Counted from the stretch's first letter, positions 42,908 through 54,083 are shown. The stretch: 64,000 bases of DNA from Carpediemonas membranifera BICM (GCA_019828565.1 JAHDYR010000014.1:62001-126000), one strand, 5' to 3'. Notes: generated by a model from the letters alone, not told the origin. A program made the numbers and translations.

Positions 42908-43483
42908 ATGCGGCCAGAAAGGCATCATACTGTGAACGCGCTTGTAGATCTAACCTCAAGAGAGCTAGATGATATTGCAGCTCTTTTGCTGATCGAACAA
43001 ATGACAACAGACACGCCCCCAAAATCTCCCGTGAACGGCGGCCTGAGAGGCAAAGGCTTCGCGAATAAGGATCTGAAGAGACTCATTAGAACACCAATCG
43101 CTGTTTCAGCCACTTCTGAGTATCAAACACGCCTTCCTTCAAGCCAGAAGATCCGAAAGAACCTCATGGTGGACTTTGCAGAGCCCACCTCTCCGGGCAA
43201 CAGCTTCATCTCTCCCACACTGGCCCCCATCACCACGCCGGACACTGTGACGCCGTCTCCAGCCCGTCGGCAGGGTGGCGACGTTACTCCCCTGGATGAT
43301 TATCATGAATTCGTTCGCGTCCGAGCGAGCAGGCGCCGCGAGGAGATGGCCAAGGGCGAGACACACCAGAGTGAGTCTACTAAGACTGCGCATGCCCCGG
43401 CGACTGACGACCTGGTGATGATGGGACTCTCGCCCATAACCGGGCGCGATGTCGTGATGGCGACTACGCTTGTGTTGGAGTAG
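42908..43483 (+). CDS. Hypothetical protein
   Basis: 191-aa ATG ORF filling the gap between genes. Confidence 0.55.
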   Translation: MRPERHHTVNALVDLTSRELDDIAALLLIEQMTTDTPPKSPVNGGLRGKGFANKDLKRLIRTPIAVSATSEYQTRLPSSQKIRKNLMVDFAEPTSPGNSFISPTLAPITTPDTVTPSPARRQGGDVTPLDDYHEFVRVRASRRREEMAKGETHQSESTKTAHAPATDDLVMMGLSPITGRDVVMATTLVLE

Positions 43484-43800
43484 ATTCGGAGTTGGAAACA
43501 GAGTCCTGCTGCCTTGTACGCGTGGGACTACACTAATAAAGTTTGGTTTTCGATGAAGATGGTTCACCCACCAGTTTCTGCGGCGACCGAAGCTCAAGAC
43601 TAGTGCTACTGGTGGGAATACAGCATTTTATCCCTATGCGTGTCATACTTGGGCATGCACGGTCGCATATTGTCCGTTTTCAGCGTGTCATGGTGAATCC
43701 GAACCCAACCCCAACAACACTGCGTTATCGTGATGGCTCATTGATCAGACAGCCTGGAATCATAAATAAAATGATGGAGAGCGTCATTTAACCAATATCC

Positions 43801-44385
43801 TTAGAGAAGCATGAAGAGAGTAACGATGACGGCGAGCATGCCGATCACAGCAGCCCGGGCGGAGTCAATAATGACCCAGGACTGGAAATCGGGCTCAGCA
43901 TCGGCGAGGACGTTGTTGTTCTCGTCGCAGCGGTAGACAGATACGGTCATGTTGCGGTACTCCTCAGGGATGGCCTCAATGTTCTGGAGGACGTTGTTGA
44001 CGATGACACGTGCAGTGGGGATGTCGAAGGGGAGATCCTGACCGATAGAGTCGTCTACAGCATCAAGAGCGAGCTGGAAGTAGTCGATAGGAAGTGTCAG
44101 GTCGATGGGCATGGTGCCGTTCTGCTCGGAAGCAACAACGCAGCTGAAGAAGCTGTTGTAATCAGCGGGCTTGAGGCCAGCAGACTCGATGATCTTCTGG
44201 ACATACTCATTCTGGAATTCAACCCAGAGAGAGATAGAGACGGAATCGTCGAGATAGGTAGTGTTGGGGAAGGTGACGTTGTTGTCCACGTCAATGAGGA
44301 TCTTGTCCCCGTTAAGGGGATAGGAAAACTGCACGGTTGCTGCGAAAACGCAGGCGAAGAGAGCAAAAGCCGCAAAAGCCTTCAT
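43801..44385 (-). CDS. Putative surface protein (signal peptide plus hydrophobic, GPI-like C-terminus)
   Basis: MKAFAAFALFACVFA start; ends DSARAAVIGMLAVIVTLFMLL. Confidence 0.75.
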   Translation of the reverse strand: MKAFAAFALFACVFAATVQFSYPLNGDKILIDVDNNVTFPNTTYLDDSVSISLWVEFQNEYVQKIIESAGLKPADYNSFFSCVVASEQNGTMPIDLTLPIDYFQLALDAVDDSIGQDLPFDIPTARVIVNNVLQNIEAIPEEYRNMTVSVYRCDENNNVLADAEPDFQSWVIIDSARAAVIGMLAVIVTLFMLL

Positions 44386-45240
44386 GTGCTTGAATCAGAA
44401 TGAAGTTGGGCAAACATGCTCGACTTGGCATCTGAGTCGGGTTTCCCGAAATCCACAATGATGACGGCATGACATTGGTCGGTCAGAGTGTTGCGTAGGC
44501 CATAACTGAGCAATCTTTACCTAGGTTCACTTTTGAGAAATTGGAGGTCTCTCGAGGCAGTTGACAGACAAGCTGAAAAATGTTTCTCACGAGATGAGAA
44601 TGGCGGACTCACTGCTACATCATTACAGTGCCCCTGTGGCCTAGAGACTCCATCTCGGCTAGCACCATTGCTTGTGCTGATTCACTCACCTCATGGTCAC
44701 TCAATTCTTCCTTGAGCTCCAGTTGTGCACTGAAGGAGGGTTCTAAGCGTTGTTCGGCGCATATTGGTGCTTCTTGAATGGCTGATGTATTTTTTGGCCA
44801 GAAATTTATCGCACAATATTTAGCTATATTTAGCCGATGCAGTCTCGGCACAACAGGACTTGATCAGCTGATAGCTGCTTGTATCCTCGACTGCCCTGCC
44901 GTTTTCTTCCAAATCCATCAAATTGCATTCCCGGGCTGTCATTGCCATCGTCAGTCGGCCATATATGTCACTTCCTACGCAGCACTGTGCTCTATTCAGC
45001 TCAGAACTGTCCACCACATGCACCAGACTCGGCAGGTCGTGCAGTGTGTGTACTTACGAAAATATACGGCCGAATATGGATCAGAAAAAGTGTTTCGGAA
45101 GGGTCAACCAAGCGCTTTAGCTGAGGGGCTTGAGACCGTGAGGGTGCGGTGTGAGTGGACTTCCCTGGTGACTCATTCTCCAACGGGGCAGCTGACTTGA
45201 GGTAATCGGGCAAATTTTCGTTCAGCAACCTTTCATTGCA

Positions 45241-48200
45241 ATGGAAGATCTTGAAGACGCTGCATTAGCACTAGCAGCGGCCCCTTTACCCCCTGTCACT
45301 GAGGAACCGCCGTTGCGTGGCGATTTACTCGACTATTCACCTTTCACAAGACAACGATATGGCTCACTGATGAAGGCGCTAGATGAGATCTTCTGCCACA
45401 TACAAGAGCCATCAATGATTCAAAAACACATCGGGGAGCTTTCCCCCTTCCTCACATATGACCCCGACCGACAAGATGTTTCGAGCACCGAGAAAACGCT
45501 ATCTGCTCTCTTCGACATGGACGCTATTCAGGTGCTTGTGGACAAGTTCACTGAGTACGGCAAGTGCGGCTCCATTATTACAGACAACTCTGGTGTGCCG
45601 CTCTCTGAAGCATCGCGACTCTCGACCATCTGTGCGAATCACATCCGGACCACAGAACGAGGGGCCCAGCGCTGTTATAACTCTGACCAGCAGTTCGGCT
45701 CACTCTCTTTCGAGCGGACAACTACCGGTCTCTGCCACACTGGCGCCCTGACGGACGGAGGGTGTGCCATCCAACTCGACGGTGTTCAAATCGCATCGTT
45801 CCTCATCGGTGGCGTAGCTACCTCTACCCCTAATGTCGAGACCGGCAAGATCATGATCGGCCTCGCCAAGGACATTGGAGCGGATCCCCATGACATGGTG
45901 GAGGCCTACCGACGCACCAGGAGATTGACGATGGCGGAGGTCCAGACACTCGGCGAGAGTCTTTACTTTATAAGTAACTTCATCTCACAACAGGCCAGCC
46001 GCAACTTCGCGGCCAGGCGCGCGGCCAGACTGCAGTCGATCAGCGTCGACACCGGAAGCAATGCAAGCAACAACGGCCGCAACACCATCGGCGACATCAT
46101 GAACAGCGGCCTGGCGGCCAAGCTGTACGCTCTCTGGTGGAAGCCGACCGACCGCGCCGTGCACGACTGGTTCAAGCTCACGTCCGTCGTCTGCATCATG
46201 TGCTTGTTACTGCTGCCCTTCATCGCGGCCTTCTCCGTCGCTGCGCCCATGAGCGACATGGCCATGCTCATCCGTAACATCCTCATCACCGTCGTGGCGC
46301 CCACCCTCCTGTCGGTGGTGCCGACGTGGGGCTCTGTCCTCCTGCCCCTCGCCATCATCGTGCTCGAGTACGCCGGCCCAGTTCTCGTCCTGGTCGCCCT
46401 CTACAATGGCCAGGAGACACTCTTCAACGCCGCCCGCCACTTCGGCCGCTACATGGTCATCGGCCTGACGACCGTGCTGCTGACCTATCTGTTCCTGCCC
46501 CTCGGCTTCCTGGCCGGCCGCACGCCCTTCCGCATCATCTACGCCATCGACACCGACGACGAGCTGACTTCTACGTTCACGCAAATCATCCCCGACGTCC
46601 TGGCGCTGCTCCTGCTCTTCGTCGCACTGGCCGGCCTCGGGCTGCACTCCATGTCCTTCGCGTTCGCCCCGTCCCTTGTCGGCGTCAACACCCTGCGCGA
46701 GCTGCTTCTTCTCTCCGTGCATGTCTCGGTCGCCTTCGTCGGCGCTGCCATCGGCGCAGTCGAGTTCGACGATGCCGGGATGTCTGACGGCACACGCATT
46801 GCCGCCCGCCTCTTCGCCGTCGCTATGAGTCTCGCGAGTCTGCTCGTTTCCCTCGGCTTCATCGCCGTCTCGACGATTTGGGTCATCGGCCGGCACCAGA
46901 AGAGCGTCGCCGCCACGCTCGCCCTCACGGCCCTGGCCTCGCTGGTCCTCCTGGTCGGGTCCGTCTGGTCGGCCGTCGCATTCATCATCGGATACAATGA
47001 CACGCTCGCCCTCGCCACCGGCGGTGCCCTTTCCGTCCTCGCGCTCCTCCTCATCGCCGCCCCTGCCCTCACGGTCACGCTGCTCCACATCCGCACGAGA
47101 TACGCCGAGGAGCTCGTCTTCGCCATCATGTTCTCGGAGACGGGCAAGGCCGCCGTCAAGCCGCTCAACGTGCTCCGCTGCGTGTTCAAGCGTGGCCACC
47201 GGGCCGAGATGGTCCGGCTCGTTGGCAACACGGCATTGAAGAACCTCAAGATCGCCGACCTCTCCGGCATCTCCGTCAACAACCTTGAGCTCGGCGTCCG
47301 GCCACTCGTACACCACGAGCGCAAGCTCTTCGGGCTCAGCGGCATCACCCCCGCCATCGAGAACAACCTCTACGGCGGTGCCAACATGATCCTGCGTCGC
47401 GCGTGCGTCGCCTACTCGCCCGACATCACCGCGCCCCTCCGCCTCACGCTGCTGACCATCGCCACCATGAGTGCATCGTCAATCAACACCGCCCCTGCCG
47501 TGCTGCAGAGCATCTCCGAGGAGTGTCTCTCCCGCGGCAGGCTCGACCACAGCATGTACGAGTTCGCGATGCGCCGCTACATCGAGCAGATGGAGCACAT
47601 CTACACCCTCGGCGGCAGGGACAACGCGGCGTCCTTCCTCGAGGTCCAGAGCAAGCTGTCCCAGGCCAGGTCCCACCACCTTCGCACCCTCGTCCAGGTC
47701 AGCAAGTTCTGGCCCCTGCTCCTTCGCCGTCGCCCCGACCTGCCGCTCATCATCAAGCACGCCAGGACCATCGGCATCTCGACGAACAAGGCCAACCTGC
47801 TCTACACGCGCCTCTTCCGCCGCTACCCGGACAACCCGACCGTCCGCGAGTGGTACATCCTGTTCCTCGACTCCGTCATGCAGGACCACGCCCGCGCCCA
47901 GCAGCTCCGCACTGAAACTGTCGATGATGATATCAAGAGCGTATCCTCCGATGGCTCTGGGTCGAGTTTCAGCGCCTCGTCCACTGGCACGTCTGCCACT
48001 GGCGGAGTGGAGCAGAACACTTCGTCGACCTTCTTCCGCATGCTGATCGGTGCTGCCGTCATCAATGTCATGATGATTGTCATAATCTGCACCTTCCTCT
48101 GCATCCTGTCCGAGGTCTTCCGCTCTGACATGGGCGCCACCAAGGACCTCCACGACGTCAGCTTCGCCGTGGAGGAGGGCTCTTTCTTCTCGTCCCTCCT

Positions 48201-51200
48201 CTACCTCAATGACACGCGCCTCGACGCACTCGACCTCGACGACCCCCTCGCGACGTCCATCTCCGCCGCAGCCACTGTCATCAAGGGCCACCACGACTTC
48301 CTGATCGACATGGACCATGGCGGCAACGAGTACTACTACTTCTACGAGCCCGACGAGGTCCCCGTCATCCCCGCCCGCGTCGCCCGGAAGACTTGGGGTA
48401 TCGCTGCTGGGATCGCCAATGAGCTCGATGTCATCGCCAATACCATGAGCGTCAGCCCGGCCGACCTGACTTCGGGCGACCAGACGACCCTGTACGCCCA
48501 TGCTCAGGCTGTCGTCAGCGAGAACTTCGATTCATTTGCGGAGATCATCTCTCTGATCCAGAGACTCGATCACGACTCTATCCTGAATATGATATATGTC
48601 GCCGCGATCTCGCTGATCCTGCTGATTGTAACCCAGCTGGCGCTGACCGTTATCTTGGTCTTCTGGATCATCTTCCGCAGCTTTATCGCGGAGGTGGTCT
48701 CCTGCGACGTCTCGCTGACCAACTGCCTCTCCGTCTCAAGGGCTCAGGTCCGTCGTCAGATGCGGCTGGTCGGCATGGCCAAGTCGAAGTTCAAGGACAT
48801 CGACGTGCTTGATTTCGACCAGGACCTCCAGGAGGACCTCAATGACGAGCTCGACAACGTGGACGACGATGATTACATCACCAAGAAGCAACTGTCGGTA
48901 AGCCAGGCCGCCCGCCTCGACGAGGATGACGACGAGGGCGACGACAGCGATGAGATCGCCGACACCACCACTGATACCCGCAAGGTCCGCATCGCTTTCC
49001 AGGAGGTTGAGCAGGTCCCCAACGTCAAGTCCGCCTTCGAGATGGCCGCAGAAGAGAGCAGTGGCAGCGATGCGATGCCCTCCTTCGCCGAGGATGACAG
49101 CGACGAGGAGTCGCCCCGCCACCGTCCAAACGTCATGACCAAGATCGTTAAGAAGCTGAAGCGGCGCGGGTCCGGCAGTGTCAAGCAACTCCGCAAGCAG
49201 ATGTCAACGATGGGAACGACCCAGATCCTATGGTCTCTCGCTGGTGTAGCCGGCCTCCTCCTCGCGATGGCAGCCATGGCAGGCTATATCATTTATGGTA
49301 CATTGCTGCAGATGTCCATCTCTTCGATCGATGATGAGACCCTGGACCTCCTCGACAGGGCCACCGTTCAGTACGCCGGGTCTTTCGGCTATCTACAGAT
49401 GGACAGCGCAGGGTTTGCCGTCAATGGCACGACAAGCAGACTTGACTCGTATGTGAGTCGCCATAACTCGCCGACTTCTGTTACTCTCGGCTTCACTCTG
49501 AGTGAGTTCGTGCCTAAGATGTGGATGAGCGATGAGATGGTCACGGCGCAGACCCTCAAGCAGCAGCTTTTGTACTACATGGACGTCGCCGTCAGCATCG
49601 CGGCGTACGGCCACGGGTTCACCAGCGACATCACCACGGGCCTCAGCGTCGACTGGAACTACACGGGCGAGACTTACTACGCCCAGGACGTCGAGGAGTA
49701 CTCCCGGTCGGTCTGGTACACCAACAAGACCTCCGACACCACACTCGCCGCGGCAGACCAGCTCGCCCTCGCCCAGGCCATCCTGTTCGACGACAAGGTC
49801 AGCGAGATATTCACGGATATCATGGACAACATGTTTGCCATTCCATCATTCCTGGTTGACGCAATCGACGACAATCTCGGCGCTTACAGCTTCACGACCA
49901 ACATCGTCACAATCATTATCATCATGATCGTTGCCACCCTCGCCCTCCTCCCTGCAGTTGTCTATGGGGCCAGACCTAGCATGCTGAGAAGCTCCATGGC
50001 TCGCCGTATTTCCATCATTGCACTTGCTTGTCTTGTTGCCATGCTTATCCCGATGCTGGCCAACGTCGGCTTCAGATGTTACGTAGTCCTTTCCATCGAC
50101 CCCGACTCGATCGCAACTGCCTCTGCCGAGCTGAGCTCCGTGCTTGAGCAAGTTATTGACGTTGACATGTCATTCATGTATCACGTACAAAGATACGTAT
50201 TCACTGGCGATGAATCTATTTTGACCAAGATTGACTCCATTATCACGACGATGCAGGCGACCACGGGCTTGCTTTACACTCTCAGCGCCGATGCCACGCA
50301 GAGCACTGCCTTCGTCAACGCCGCTGCATCCCACAACAACTTAGTCAATGCCCTCGACATCGCCGTCGTACTCGCCGCCTCAGCCAACGGCCACACCATC
50401 ATGAACGACCGCATTCTAACGCGCACGTGGAACTCATCCGACTCGACTACTGCCCGACCTGTGGATGCTACCCGCTTTACGAACGAGACGTATGACCTTG
50501 CCCGGTCTGACGCCGAGAAGCAGGCCATGGCCGAGTCCCTTTGCCTCACGGACCCCGTCACATACGCTGACTACCAGGATTGCACGCACTACGTTGCCAA
50601 GGTCTACACCGACTACCGCGATGGCATTCTTGGTGATCTCCAGAACGCTTACGACATCAAGTTCTACGCCACATTCGCCACCATCGCCATCCTTGTCCCC
50701 GTGCTGGGTGTAGTCACCTTCGTGCTGCTCCCGCTGTTCACCACGGCTGCGTTCACCCGCTCCATCGCCAAGCGCGGCCAGGACTCCAAGCACCATCAGA
50801 AGCAGGTGCTCAACCGCACCCTCCGGTCCGACTTCATCGCAGGCGTCGGGCTGCTTCTCTCCGTCACTGTGCTGACGGCATTCTGCGCCTCGTCCATCAT
50901 GGGAGCATTCGTGGCCATATACAGGGTCTACGTCTTCGTCTCTAACACGGCCAAGACCGACTCCCTCCTGCTGAAGTCCGGCACCCGCGCCGCCCTCAGC
51001 TACGAGCACCCGGCCAGTGTCCACCCCAACATGCTGGCGGAGGAGATCACCGAGCTTGAGAGCTCTGTGTTTGACGCGTTCAACAGCGGGTACCTCGACT
51101 ACGTCTTCGCTGGCGCCTTTGTGGACGGCCTGTCGCCCCAGATCGCCCAGTACACGGCCACGCTGACCCGGTTCGAGTCGACCTCTGTCCTCTCCAGCGA

Positions 51201-51459
51201 CTCGGACCGCAGCGCCACTCTGATCCCCGTCCTGAAGGAGACTTATGCCGTCGCCTCGGGTGCCAATGAGATGTTCAACAACAGGTACGATCGCATGGAC
51301 CTCCTTGTGAGCTTCAACGAAGTTGTCATGATTGTTGCAGCCATCATCACGTGCGCATTCATTGCTGCGGTCTACACTATCGGCCTCAGGGCCATCTTCC
51401 GCCACCTGATGAGCTACAGCGGGTCACTCAACCTGCTCCAGAGCTACCTTGTTAGATAA
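45241..51459 (+). CDS. PocR-sensor domain / TmcB-C-like multi-pass membrane protein (2072 aa)
   Basis: N-terminal DMDAIQVLVDKF...IITDNSGVPL...ICANHIRTTERGAQRCYNSD...LCHTGALTDGGCAIQLDGVQIASFLIGGV fits the PocR domain; about 10 TM helices follow; FWPLLL...LYTRLFRRYPDNPTVREWYILFLDSVMQD is TmcB/C-like; then repeated TM-extracellular-TM units. Confidence 0.78.
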   Translation: MEDLEDAALALAAAPLPPVTEEPPLRGDLLDYSPFTRQRYGSLMKALDEIFCHIQEPSMIQKHIGELSPFLTYDPDRQDVSSTEKTLSALFDMDAIQVLVDKFTEYGKCGSIITDNSGVPLSEASRLSTICANHIRTTERGAQRCYNSDQQFGSLSFERTTTGLCHTGALTDGGCAIQLDGVQIASFLIGGVATSTPNVETGKIMIGLAKDIGADPHDMVEAYRRTRRLTMAEVQTLGESLYFISNFISQQASRNFAARRAARLQSISVDTGSNASNNGRNTIGDIMNSGLAAKLYALWWKPTDRAVHDWFKLTSVVCIMCLLLLPFIAAFSVAAPMSDMAMLIRNILITVVAPTLLSVVPTWGSVLLPLAIIVLEYAGPVLVLVALYNGQETLFNAARHFGRYMVIGLTTVLLTYLFLPLGFLAGRTPFRIIYAIDTDDELTSTFTQIIPDVLALLLLFVALAGLGLHSMSFAFAPSLVGVNTLRELLLLSVHVSVAFVGAAIGAVEFDDAGMSDGTRIAARLFAVAMSLASLLVSLGFIAVSTIWVIGRHQKSVAATLALTALASLVLLVGSVWSAVAFIIGYNDTLALATGGALSVLALLLIAAPALTVTLLHIRTRYAEELVFAIMFSETGKAAVKPLNVLRCVFKRGHRAEMVRLVGNTALKNLKIADLSGISVNNLELGVRPLVHHERKLFGLSGITPAIENNLYGGANMILRRACVAYSPDITAPLRLTLLTIATMSASSINTAPAVLQSISEECLSRGRLDHSMYEFAMRRYIEQMEHIYTLGGRDNAASFLEVQSKLSQARSHHLRTLVQVSKFWPLLLRRRPDLPLIIKHARTIGISTNKANLLYTRLFRRYPDNPTVREWYILFLDSVMQDHARAQQLRTETVDDDIKSVSSDGSGSSFSASSTGTSATGGVEQNTSSTFFRMLIGAAVINVMMIVIICTFLCILSEVFRSDMGATKDLHDVSFAVEEGSFFSSLLYLNDTRLDALDLDDPLATSISAAATVIKGHHDFLIDMDHGGNEYYYFYEPDEVPVIPARVARKTWGIAAGIANELDVIANTMSVSPADLTSGDQTTLYAHAQAVVSENFDSFAEIISLIQRLDHDSILNMIYVAAISLILLIVTQLALTVILVFWIIFRSFIAEVVSCDVSLTNCLSVSRAQVRRQMRLVGMAKSKFKDIDVLDFDQDLQEDLNDELDNVDDDDYITKKQLSVSQAARLDEDDDEGDDSDEIADTTTDTRKVRIAFQEVEQVPNVKSAFEMAAEESSGSDAMPSFAEDDSDEESPRHRPNVMTKIVKKLKRRGSGSVKQLRKQMSTMGTTQILWSLAGVAGLLLAMAAMAGYIIYGTLLQMSISSIDDETLDLLDRATVQYAGSFGYLQMDSAGFAVNGTTSRLDSYVSRHNSPTSVTLGFTLSEFVPKMWMSDEMVTAQTLKQQLLYYMDVAVSIAAYGHGFTSDITTGLSVDWNYTGETYYAQDVEEYSRSVWYTNKTSDTTLAAADQLALAQAILFDDKVSEIFTDIMDNMFAIPSFLVDAIDDNLGAYSFTTNIVTIIIIMIVATLALLPAVVYGARPSMLRSSMARRISIIALACLVAMLIPMLANVGFRCYVVLSIDPDSIATASAELSSVLEQVIDVDMSFMYHVQRYVFTGDESILTKIDSIITTMQATTGLLYTLSADATQSTAFVNAAASHNNLVNALDIAVVLAASANGHTIMNDRILTRTWNSSDSTTARPVDATRFTNETYDLARSDAEKQAMAESLCLTDPVTYADYQDCTHYVAKVYTDYRDGILGDLQNAYDIKFYATFATIAILVPVLGVVTFVLLPLFTTAAFTRSIAKRGQDSKHHQKQVLNRTLRSDFIAGVGLLLSVTVLTAFCASSIMGAFVAIYRVYVFVSNTAKTDSLLLKSGTRAALSYEHPASVHPNMLAEEITELESSVFDAFNSGYLDYVFAGAFVDGLSPQIAQYTATLTRFESTSVLSSDSDRSATLIPVLKETYAVASGANEMFNNRYDRMDLLVSFNEVVMIVAAIITCAFIAAVYTIGLRAIFRHLMSYSGSLNLLQSYLVR

Positions 51460-51848
51460 GTTATCGGTTTCATGCACATAAAGTTTAATTATTACACATC
51501 TGACTGGCCAGAGTGGCTAAATACAGCCGCCATTACTGCCTCACTCCGGCACTGTTCGTTAAACCAAGGTCAATACAACCAAGCAGTCCAGGTCGCGGCG
51601 AAGGAGAGTTGCATGTGCTCTGCCATCCGTTCTCACACTCCCCCTGGAGACTGCGAAGTGGAGGTTAGAGGACAGTTGAGTTGGTGCTATACCAGCTACA
51701 GGCGGCCCGACCCGACTTCCGACTCCAACCGATTTGAACTATTCCTCAGGCCTGTGTAGATCCGACCTGGTCTATACACCCACATACACTGACCAATCAT
51801 CGACCAGGTTTCATTTACTGTAATTATCACTCCCAACCAGCTTCAAGT

Positions 51849-52361
51849 TCACCTGAACTCAATATCAAACTCAGACATCAGCGGTCTATGGTCACTGAGA
51901 CTCCAGTGCTGCCCGTCCGGCCAAACACCCCACCCAACCTCCTCGGGCAAGACCACCGTCTTCTTCGGGATGAGGACCATCTTGCCCCTCTTACGGCCAT
52001 AAGTCCCGCTCTTGCGGTGCCGAACAGGGGTGCCGACCCGCTCGATCCGGGGTGAGTGACTCGGGGTGTTGGATGATGACTCGACTGAAGCTCTCATAAA
52101 CATGTCCGCAGTGATGTTGAGGACGGGGGGCTCCTCGGCGATGAACGAGCTCTCATAGCCCAGCTCAAGGTCGCTGTCAAGCGCATGCTCGACCGCAGCA
52201 GTCTCATCGATCGACTGGATGCCGTATCTGCGGCTAAACGTCGTATCAGTCGTGTGGATCGGCGTGCTGGGGGTAGAGGACCCGCCCCGCTTGTCCACGC
52301 GGCTGTAGAAGATGTAGTCAACGCCAACCTGGGCGCCGGTGTGGTCACAATGCGTCACCAC
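51849..52361 (-). CDS. Endonuclease/exonuclease/phosphatase (EEP) family C-terminal portion; 5' end unresolved
   Basis: VGVDYIFY and LSDHRPL motifs; no N-terminal EEP motifs or clear start found. Confidence 0.5.
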   Translation of the reverse strand: MVTHCDHTGAQVGVDYIFYSRVDKRGGSSTPSTPIHTTDTTFSRRYGIQSIDETAAVEHALDSDLELGYESSFIAEEPPVLNITADMFMRASVESSSNTPSHSPRIERVGTPVRHRKSGTYGRKRGKMVLIPKKTVVLPEEVGWGVWPDGQHWSLSDHRPLMSEFDIEFR

Positions 52362-52540
52362 AGTGTCACGGCCTGGACCGCTGAGGGATTTGACTGATGG
52401 CTGCCCGAAGTCCGACCCAAGCTCACGGCATGGACATGAGTCCGCCTACATATACCATCGTCATCGGCGATGTTTTCTTCCCGGGGCACCTGTGACTGCT
52501 GGGGACCAAGAACGAAGACACACAGAGTCGATAAGAACCA

Positions 52541-53329
52541 ATGCTTGCAACAATCATGAAACAGAGCAGTGCTCTTGCTGCTGGATTCAACAACATCTCT
52601 CTTCTGCCAAGCATGGCTCGCGGGATGTCTACTTCATCATTCACCAACACATATGCACCCGCAACCTTTGGCAGGATGGAATCGAGCATGGCCAAGGAGT
52701 GTGATGATTTGGAAATGAAGTGCAAATGCCACCACGGCCACAAGAAGCCAGCTGCTCAAATCCAGAAGCCCGCTCCTGAGTTCGAAGCAATGGCTTTCAT
52801 GCCCGACGGAACTTTCAAGCCTTTCAGCCTCGCTGAGCAGAAGGGCAAGTACTTTGTCCTCGTCTTCTACCCCATGGACTTCACCTTCGTATGCCCCACT
52901 GAGATCATCGCGTTCTCCGAGGCCGCCGAGGACTTCCGCAAGCTCGGCGCTGAGGTGGCTGTTATCTCGACTGATTCCCACTTTACGCACATGGCATGGA
53001 GCAACACACCCCGCAAGGAGGGCGGTGTCGGATCCCTCTCCATCCCGATGATCGCGGACAACAACCACGACATCGCCAAGAAGTACGGCGTCTACCTCCT
53101 AGAGGCGGGCGTCGCTCTTCGCGGCCTCTTCATTATCGACGACAAGGGCATCCTCCGCCAGATCACCGTCAACGACCTGCCCGTCGGCCGTGACGTCGCC
53201 GAGACCAAGCGCCTCCTCCAGGCCTTCCAGTTCACCGACAAGTACGGCGAGGTGTGCCCCGCTGGCTGGCACCCCGGCGACGACACCATCAACCCCGAGG
53301 ACAAGGAAGCCTACTTCAGCAAGCACTAA
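52541..53329 (+). CDS. Typical 2-Cys peroxiredoxin (AhpC/Prx1) with N-terminal extension
   Basis: [34 protein letters not shown] and C-terminal YF. Confidence 0.95.
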   Translation: MLATIMKQSSALAAGFNNISLLPSMARGMSTSSFTNTYAPATFGRMESSMAKECDDLEMKCKCHHGHKKPAAQIQKPAPEFEAMAFMPDGTFKPFSLAEQKGKYFVLVFYPMDFTFVCPTEIIAFSEAAEDFRKLGAEVAVISTDSHFTHMAWSNTPRKEGGVGSLSIPMIADNNHDIAKKYGVYLLEAGVALRGLFIIDDKGILRQITVNDLPVGRDVAETKRLLQAFQFTDKYGEVCPAGWHPGDDTINPEDKEAYFSKH

Positions 53330-53508
53330 ACTGATAGCATTCTTCCTATCTTACTATCTTCTCATGTGACCTTGTGCTCGATGACAATGGCTCTCTTGGC
53401 ATGACCCCACGAGTCCTCACGTGCAGTCCGGGTGTTTATTCTTGCCGGCAGGTATTCATTAGTGGGCTTTCGACGATGGACTGTCAACAGTCATCGCGTA
53501 AAAGCCGT

Positions 53509-53910
53509 CTACTTGGACTTCTTGGTCTCGGGTTCCGCGTCCTTCTTCTTGGGCGACTCGTCAGCGGTCTTGCTTCTGGCATTTCTGGCCAGCTTCTCGG
53601 CTAGCTTCTTCTCCTTCGCCAGCCGCTTTTCTTCCTTCTTCTGCTTTGCTTCAGCTTCGGCCTTTTCAGCATCTGCCTTCTTTTTAGCTGTGGCCTCGTC
53701 ATGAATCCGGCGAATCTTATCCCTTCCAACGATCTTGGTGAGGAGAACGATCATGAAGAAACGTAAAGCACCGGGAGCGCTACAATTATCGCATAATGCT
53801 TCCAGGTGATGTTGATGTTCAAAAGATACCCATGAGAGCCGGTTGCAGGCATCCGTCCAGAAGGTACTTGGTAGAATTCGTGTACACGCCCTTTGCCAAT
53901 TCCCGAGCAT
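53509..53910 (-). CDS. Hypothetical small protein with Lys/Glu-rich tail (5' structure uncertain)
   Basis: 3' part has coding-like codon usage; start unresolved. Confidence 0.4.
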   Translation of the reverse strand: MLGNWQRACTRILPSTFWTDACNRLSWVSFEHQHHLEALCDNCSAPGALRFFMIVLLTKIVGRDKIRRIHDEATAKKKADAEKAEAEAKQKKEEKRLAKEKKLAEKLARNARSKTADESPKKKDAEPETKKSK

Positions 53911-54083
53911 TATGCCAGGTCTGGTAAAACAACCCGCCTATCCAGGCCGGCCACGGGGAATTCTGAAGCTGCTCAGTGCCAAGTCGGGTCATAGTCACCA
54001 TGAAGATGATGCGAGAACTGAGCATGTTACAGTTGTTACAGTAGCAAAGGAAACGTTGCCAATTGCCGTCCCGTGATCATTGA

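Noticed and set aside
46207-51405. Long antisense ORFs (369, 275, 340 and 323 aa)
   Set aside because: Expected from high GC3 in the sense gene; no domain signal.
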